From NCBI GenBank assembly GCA_964016885.1, contig OZ024741.1:87420001-87484000 (forward strand): 64,000 bases of DNA. Direction: 5' to 3'. Positions 51,275 through 64,000 of the stretch are shown piece after piece; within the stretch, counting starts at the first letter, position 1; the number at the start of each line of letters is the position of its first letter. This DNA comes from Eledone cirrhosa (taxonomy: Eukaryota). The notes beneath the pieces are model-generated. The model saw nothing but the letters and a program-made list of their open reading frames with translations, made no database searches and was not told the origin of the DNA. The translations under genes were made by a program, and so were the position numbers.

Positions 51275-51878
51275 AAATAACAGGAGGCTGGACTGGTGTA
51301 AAACCTTGAAAGGTTTATTATACTATCATCATTTCAATGATCGGGTTCCATATGAATCCGGTGATATCATCAGGTATTGGAATATAACAAAGGAATATGT
51401 AAAAAACCATGGGTCCGAAAAATCAGAGACAAAGAGGGCGACTGACCAACTAGCTTCTCGGCCAGCCGCCCTCAGAGTGTTGGCAACAGAATCTACTAAT
51501 GAATATCTGGTGAGGGTGCGAAGGCTTATAATGCACTACCACCACTCCATCAAAGAAGAAGGGAAAGAAAGAAAGGGAGAAAGAAGTGTAATGTAAGGGT
51601 CATACTACATTCATGCTAGAAAATGCCGCGAAAAAATGCTACCCCATAGAATCTATAATGGGTGTCTGTATGGTCTAATGTGTGAACCGAAGATTGGAAC
51701 GTTAAACTTATGTTGCGAGTTATAGGATGAAATTAAGTTAAATTAAAAATATACACAAACGAAGATGGGTGAACTGCACTGCGTTGAGTTCTCTTCACAA
51801 TATTACACCAGGATTGACCATACGGAATGACCTGTTCTATCCAGTGGTGAACCAACAAACCTATATATATATATATTT

Positions 51879-51955
<77 letters not shown>

Positions 51956-52096
51956 GTGTGTGTTTGTGTGTGTACAAATGCATACCTCTACACTACACGT
52001 GTGTAGTGTAGAGGTATGCATTTGTACATTTTGACATTTATCTGGAGATACCTAATATCTATTTCAATAAAGAAACATATATATAAATATATGAGT

Positions 52097-52148
<52 letters not shown>

Positions 52149-52360
52149 CGTTTCTGAATTTGTTTAGCAAGATTCTTTATCTGAAAACGTGTGTTGAAAC
52201 CGATATTGTTATACTTTGGGAGGGTCATGTTGCCAATAAGAAACACACGCACCAGTTGCTTTCAATTCAATTTATTATAATAAATTTATAAATTTAGGAA
52301 TTTATAAATTTCCGGTTGGTTGGTTGGTTGGTTCCACAATCAGATGATTGTTTATATATT

Positions 52361-52403
52361 GTCAAAGTTCTTTCGTCACACATTCTGTGACCTCTTCAGT
52401 GAC
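52361..52403 (-). ncRNA. Minimal hammerhead ribozyme in pLTR (intact core); core-mutated copies at 54364-54406 and 58657-58699 (+)
   Basis: gtca-CTGAAGA-g-gtcaca gaatg tgtgac-GAAA-g aa c-TT-tgac. Confidence 0.78.
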
Positions 52404-54533
52404 TGGGGATTCTTTTCTTTGTTTTCGTGCCTCTCCTTTGTTCTGTCCTACGCCATCTTGTTTTTGTGTGTGTTGTGTGCTTAGTTTACGCATGTGTTAC
52501 ATCCGGGTGTCTGTGTGTGTTTATATTTGTTTATTTACATGTTACTGGTTGGTTGTTTGTTCTATGTGCGTGTGTGTTTTCATTTTGTCCTTAATTGTAA
52601 GTTGTGATGTTGCTGTTCCATTCATGTTTTCTATTTAATTTTGGTTGGAGTTCATTTATGTTTATTGCCTCTGTGATTTGTCTAAACATTGCATCTTTTA
52701 TGTGTGTAGATTATATTTTTATTTCTATGTTCTCTAATTTACCCTTATGTTCTATTTTAGCATGTTGGAAGAGTACAGATGATTCTTTACTATCTTGAAG
52801 GGCTCGCCAGTGTTCATTTATCCGTTCCCCTATACTACGAGCTGTCTCACCTATGTACACTATATTCTTATCTCTACATTGTCCTTCAGTACATCTTATG
52901 CTATATACTACATTTCTAGTTTTACAGTTAATATGGGGGCTTAATTTACAGATTATACATTTCTTATCTATACAGGGAGGTCTTTGAAAAGGGTATGTAT
53001 TGCTAATAAGTGTTTTTATGGAGGTACCTGGTCTTTCTACTATCTTAATATTGAGTTTATGTTTATCTAGGGCCCTTCTAAATTTGTAAGCTAATTCACC
53101 TCTAGGGGTTGTATCGATGAACATTACACTCTGGTATTTATTGCTATTATACCATGAGTTTATTCTATTAACTTTATTCCTAGTTCTTTCTATTCTATTC
53201 CAAAATTTGCTCCTATAGAAGGGGCAGGTCCCATTTGTGTCATTATTTACCATTTTTTCCCATTTGGTTGTGGCTCCTCTATATACTCTGATTTTATCTC
53301 TCTGATTGTAACCAGAGAACTGAATACGGTGGATGAAGTGGTGTATGTGTCTCTCTAGTTCTTTGGGGTTGCACGTGCGGGACACGTTTCTCATCACACG
53401 TACCAAATCCGCAATCAGTATGTTGATTTTGGTATGGTCCGAAATGGTTACAATCAGAGAGATAAAATCAAAGTATATAGAGGAGCCACAAACAAATGGG
53501 AAAAAATGGTAAATAATGACACAAATGGGACCTGCCCCTTGTATAGGAGCAAATTTTGGAATAGAATAGAAATAACTAGGAATAAGGTTAATAGAATAAA
53601 CTCATGGTATGATAGCAATAAATACCAGAGTGTAATGTTCATCCATACAACCCCTAGGGGTGAATTAGCTTACAAATTTAGAAGAGCCCTAGATAAACAT
53701 AAACTCAATATTAAGATAGTAGAAAGACCAGGTACCTCCATAAAAACACTTATTAACAATACATACCCTTTTCAAAGACCTCCCTGTATAGATAAGAAAT
53801 GTATAATCTGTAAATTAAGCCCCCATATTAACTGTAAAACTAGAAACGTAGTATATAGCATAAGATGTACTGAAGGACAATGTAGAGATAAGAATATAGT
53901 GTACATAGGTGAGACAGCTCGTAGTATAGGGGAACGGATAAATGAACACTGGCGAGCCCCTCAAGATAGTAAAGAATCATCTGTACTCCACCAACATGCT
54001 AAAATAGAACATAAGGGTAAATTAGAGAACATAGAAATAAAAATATAATCTACACACAGAAAAGACGCAATGTTTAGACAAATCACAGAGGCAATAAACA
54101 TAAATGAACTCCAACCAAAATTAAATAGAAAACATGAATGGAACAGCAACATCACAACTTACAATTAAGGACAAAATGAAAACACTCACATAGAACAAAC
54201 AACCAACCAGTAACATGTAAATAAACAAATAAATAAACAAATATAAACACACACAGACACCCGGATGTAACACATGCGCAAACTAAGCACACAACACACA
54301 CAAAAACAAGATGGCGTATGACAGAACAAAGGAGAGGCACAAAAACAAAGAAAAGAATCCCCAGTCACTAAAGCGGTCACAGAATGTGTGACGAAAGGAC
54401 TTTGACAATATATAAACAATCATCTGGTTGTGGAACCAACCAACCAACCGGAAATTTATAAATTCCTAAATTTATAAATTTATTATAATAAATTGAATTG
54501 AAAGCAACTCTGCGTGTGTTTCTTATTGGCAAC

Positions 54534-58458
<3,925 letters not shown>

Positions 58459-59065
58459 AGACAAAATGAAAACACACACGCACATAGAACAAACAACCAA
58501 CCAGTAACATGTAAATAAACAAATAAATAAACAAATATAAACACACACAGACACCCGGATGTAACACATGCGCAAACTAAGCACACAACACACACAAAAA
58601 CAAGGTGGCGTAGGACAGAAAAAAGGAGAGGTACAAAAACAAAGAAAAGAATCCCAGTCACGGAAGAGGTCACAGAATGTGTGACGAAAGAACTTTGACA
58701 ATATATAAACAATCATCTGGTTGTGGAACCAACCAACCAACCGGAAATTTATAAATTCCTAAATTTATAAATTTATTATAATAAATTGAAGTGAAAGCAA
58801 CTGGTGCGTGTGTTTCTTATTGGCAACATGACCCTCCCAAAGTATAACAATATCTGTTTCAACATACGTTTTCAGATAAAGAATCTTGCTAAACAAATTC
58901 AGAAACGAAATATATTCATATATATATATTGGAACTCATATATATATATATGTTTCTTTATTGAAATAGATATTAGGTATCTCCAGATAAATGTCAAAAT
59001 GTACAAATGCATACCTCTACGCTACTCACATGTGTAGTGTAGAGGTATGCATTTGTACACACACA

Positions 59066-59162
<97 letters not shown>

Positions 59163-59656
59163 TATATATATAGGTTTGTTGGTTCACCACTGGATAGAAC
59201 AGGTCATTCCGTATGGTCAATCCTGGTGTAATATTGTGAAGAGAACTCAACGCAGTGCAGTTCACCCATCTTCGTTTGTGTATATTTTTAATTTAACTTA
59301 ATTTCATCCTATAACTCGCAACATAAGTTTAACGTTCCAATCTTCGGTTCACACATTAGACCATACAGACACCCATTATAGATTCTATGGGGTAGCATTT
59401 TTTCGCGGCATTTTCTAGCATGAATGTAGTATGACCCTTACATTACACTTCTTTCTCCCTTTCTTTCTTTCCCTTCTTCTTTGATGGAGTGGTGGTAGTG
59501 CATTATAAGCCTTCGCACCCTCACCAGATATTCATTAGTAGATTCTGTTGCCAACACTCTGAGGGCGGCTGGCCGAGAAGCTAGTTGGTCAGTCGCCCTC
59601 TTTGTCTCTGATTTTTCGGACCCATGGTTTTTTACATATTCCTTTGTTATATTCCA

Positions 59657-59714
59657 ATACCTGATGATATCACCGGATTCATATGGAACCCGATCATTGA
59701 AATGATGATAGTAT
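59657..59714 (+). ncRNA. Degenerate hammerhead-like motif (mirror on - strand at 51320-51377)
   Basis: atac-CTGATGA...GAAA-tgatga-TA-gtat with an imperfect stem II, ~50 bp from a (TA)n end. Confidence 0.4.
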
Positions 59715-59759
59715 AATAAACCTTTCAAGGTTTTACACCAGTCCAGCCTCCTGTTATTT

Positions 59760-59827
<68 letters not shown>

Positions 59828-59954
59828 ACTCATATATATATATATATGTTTCTTTTTTGAAATAGATATTAGGTATCTCTAGATAAATGTCAAAATGTAC
59901 AAATGCATACCTCTACACTACACACATGCATATCTATAAAAATACAGACACACA

Positions 59955-59996
<42 letters not shown>

Positions 59997-60200
59997 AACG
60001 AGTAGGACCCCGACGGCTCTAGCTCAAGCCTTTTCGACGGCTAATTCTGGACGGTCTAGAATTGGTCCAGAATTACCGGTCGAAACGGCTTGAGCTCAGC
60101 CGTCGATGTCCTACTCGTTCCTATTACCCACTCTACTACCCTAAGTATTGAGTACTTTGGTGCGTTAAGGTCCATCTGGTTCCTTACCACATTTCCTTCG

Positions 60201-60273
<73 letters not shown>

Positions 60274-61816
60274 TAGAAGGGGTATTTAATTTGTTGAAAG
60301 CCCGACAAATATAAATGTTTATAACTGATTTAGAGCACTCAACAGTTTACTGGAGTAAATATTCAATGATATTTAATAAATGGAAACTATATTTATAAAA
60401 CCATATTTATTTTATTATATATATTTCAAGGGTACCAAGAAAACATTGGTACGCTTTCATTTAGATAAAATACAAAGTTTGTCTTATAAATAGAGACGTA
60501 CCCATGAAAATCATACCTTATCGGTTGTAAATTCACTGGATAGTGGAAATATATTAGGGATTATTCAAACTTATGTGTGAATATGCAAATGAATATGTAA
60601 ATAATTGAAAAACAACGGTTTATTTAAACAACTATGGAGAGAGGGAGGAAGAGAGAGAGAAAAGATAAGTGGAGAAGGATAAAAACAGTACGAGAGAGAG
60701 ATAGAGAATAAATAAACAGGAGAAGATGAATAAAACTCATATAACGTTAATTTGGGGGAAATATATTCTAAGTATATACCTTAATAGTACGTGTATTTAG
60801 GATTTTTAGTTGTTTAAAATTCGTTTATAATATAATATTTTCTGTTTTAAGTAGATAAATAAATAAATAAATAAATAAATAGATGGGTATACCATGTTAT
60901 AGATAATTCTACCAGAATTAAATAAATTCGTTCTTAGATTAAAGGAGTTCTTACATTTAAGTATGAAAAAAATTTCCTCAACACACAATTTGCAGAATCT
61001 AGATAAAGCACGCGGGTGCTTATGAAACTGTTTCCCAAGCTAATGAATAGTCCAGATTCTTTTCATACTTAAATGTAAGAACTCTATTAATCTAAGAACG
61101 AATTTATTTAATTCTTGTAGACATCGCTTGAATTCAACATTCAGAACTATATATAAATTATAATTATTCTTATAATATTTCTACTTATTTCCATAACAAT
61201 CCTATCCTCTTGGTTTTAATATATTGATATCTCTAAATCATAATATCTATAATATTTGCTATAATTCCACTTCTTAATGTTTCATAAAATATATACGTAT
61301 ATAATTCTAATTTTTAAAAATTTTAATTGTAATTTTAATTTAAATAAATTTTAATTCTTTATTTTTATTTCTTTAATTTTTATTTCTTTAAAAATTACTT
61401 ATCTCTTATAAATTATTATTTTTTTAATTTTCTCAAATTTTTAATATTTTTTCAATATTTTTAATAGATTTATAACCACTAACTGATTCTGGCTAAACAT
61501 ATCTTTCAACATCTATACTTATTTTGACTAAATAGTCTCATACTAACGAATAAATAAATTAAACTGGAGTTTTTCCGTATCTTCCCATTCTAAAACATAT
61601 AAATATAAATATCCTTATTAACTCAGTTAATTTAATTTAATTTAACTTAATATTTATATATATATATATATATATATATAATAAAAAATTTGAAGACTAA
61701 AATCCAAAGAGGGCTCGATAAGGATAAATATATATCAGATATATAAGAACCGTAGAGCAAATATTTATTAAAATACCATATTAAATATTTATTAAAATGC
61801 CAGATTAATCTGGTAT

Positions 61817-61862
<46 letters not shown>

Positions 61863-62105
61863 AAAAAGAGATGAAATCGAAAATGCAACTGAAGTCTTAT
61901 TTTTTTAAAAAATATATATATTTATTTGGTTCCTTTACCGGTTTCGCAGTTCTTCTGCTTTTCAAAAGGTGAGTTGAGATGGAGGGTCTGTGGTTTTTCA
62001 ATAAGACTTCAGTTGCATTTTCGATTTCATCTCTTTTTCTTTATACTTCCACTCGTGTAGGACACCTCGGTTATTTTTCATTTTGTAAAAAAAAACCCCA
62101 CTTTC

Positions 62106-62219
<114 letters not shown>

Positions 62220-63609
62220 ACAGAGAAAGAGACGATTATTAGGAAAAAAAATATTTTTCTTTTCTTTTTTGTTTCTCTCTCTCTTTTTTCTGTGTTAGGA
62301 AATGATTAAATGAAATGTTTTACTTTGTGTGAAGTGTTAAGGTATTAGTTGATTTATTTATTATTTAACAATGGCATTTATTTATCTATTTATATATTTA
62401 ATAATTGTCTATTACCAGTTTCAACATTTTTATGCATTATCAAATGATAGTGAAATGTATTAGTGTGGTGTCACATATGTTAAAGAGAAGGTGCAGAAAG
62501 AATAATGTTATTTACAAACAAGGTTTATGAAGTGAAAAGAAAAAAGAAAAAAGAAAAAAGAAAAAAGAAAAAAGAAAAAAGAAAAAGAAAAAAGAAAAAA
62601 GAAAAAAGAAAAAAGAAAAAAGAAAAAGAAAAAGAAAAAAGAAAAAAGAAAAAAGAAAAAAGAAAAAAAAAGAAAAAAAAAGAAAAAAAAAGAAGAAAAA
62701 AAAGAAAAAAGAAAAAAGAAAAAAAGAAAAAAGAAAAAAGAAAAAAGAAAAAAGAAAAAGAAAAAAGAAAAAAGAAAAAAGAAAGAAGAAAAAAAAATAA
62801 AGAAAAAAAAAAAAAAAAGAAAACGGGCATAATGTAGAGCATAAAAATCAATGTGGAAGAAAAAAATTTATTTACAGGCATAGTTCTTGAAGTTAAGCAG
62901 ATCAAAATGTGTTAATATAGCAAGGGTGCTTAGTTGATCCATGAATCCATTATGGAGGCAAATGGTGGACTGAGGTTTGATATGATTTCCCTTTTTAGAG
63001 AGTTAATATGCAGGAGGAAGCAATTCTTGGTGGATGATATTTAATTTATTTAAGAAAAAGGATTAGGTAGGATGTGAGGGAGGTAACTCTTGTAAATGTT
63101 TGATTGTCTTTTCATATATAACCTAAAACTTCTTGTTCACTATTAATTAATTAGTTCGTGGTTGACTTTGCCTTTCATCCTTACGGGGTCGAGAAAATAA
63201 AGTACCAGTAATGCACTGGGTAATTTCTGGCCTTGTGCCTAACGTAGAAACAATTAATTAATTAGTTCGGGTAGTAGTAATTGGTAGACTTATACAATAG
63301 TAGTTACACATACACATCTACATGTGCGTGTATGCACACACATAATATATACTTGGTTATATTATAGTATGTGCATGTGTGTATGGATCTGTGTGTGTGG
63401 GTGTGAATGTGATTATGTAAGTAGAGTTTGGGGGAGCTACAAACTTCGATTTCTTTTTCCTAAATAATTGCTATAGTATGAGTTCCGATTCTGGGGTAAC
63501 AGTTATTAGAAGATTCACTAACTCAACTAATCTGTCATGTTCTTATTAAATTTGATAATCTATATACATCTACTTATATATATATATGTATATATTGGCT
63601 GACATATGC

Positions 63610-63690
<81 letters not shown>

Positions 63691-63818
63691 TATATATATA
63701 TATATACACACGCATATGTCAGCCAATATATACATATATATATATAAGTAGATGTATATAGATTATCAAATTTAATAAGAACATGACAGATTAGTTGAGT
63801 TAGTGAATCTTCTAATAA

Positions 63819-63943
<125 letters not shown>

Positions 63944-64000
63944 TATATAGGTGTATATAGGTGTGTATAGGTGTGTGTGCATTTATATAGATATGTGTGT

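Noticed and set aside
51306-51596. 96-aa ORF duplicated identically at 59438..59728
   Set aside because: Identity reflects the large inverted duplication, not coding constraint; non-ATG start and no domain.

Overview
AT-rich eukaryotic genomic DNA with no convincing host protein-coding gene. The repeat content (abundant tRNA-derived SINEs, long (TA)n/(CA)n tracts) is most consistent with a cephalopod (Octopus-like) genome, which is an inference. The window is almost entirely transposable elements. (1) A 13.7-32 kb cluster of non-LTR retrotransposons sits in (TTA/TAA)n microsatellites: RLE-type R4/Dong-like fragments on the minus strand, Tx1/L1-clade elements head-to-tail on the plus strand, and a SINE whose 3' end resembles the Tx1 3' end. 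(2) Two Penelope-like elements (RT plus GIY-YIG) have inverted pseudo-LTRs carrying minimal hammerhead ribozymes. The larger one sits at the centre of a >=17 kb inverted duplication running off the window end. (3) Many short non-coding elements lie in (TA)n tracts, often as near-perfect fold-backs, and carry type I hammerhead ribozyme (HHR) folds. These include a group with a covarying stem II containing a conserved C-C mismatch, a U3-A8 core variant, and a shared subterminal TTGAGT(T/G/A)C motif. One of them has a filled/empty site pair within the window. Also present are a decayed mariner, a nested inverted-repeat structure enclosing a promoter-like first exon, Helitron-like ends and RTE fragments. 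All structures were read by eye, with no alignment, folding or database search.
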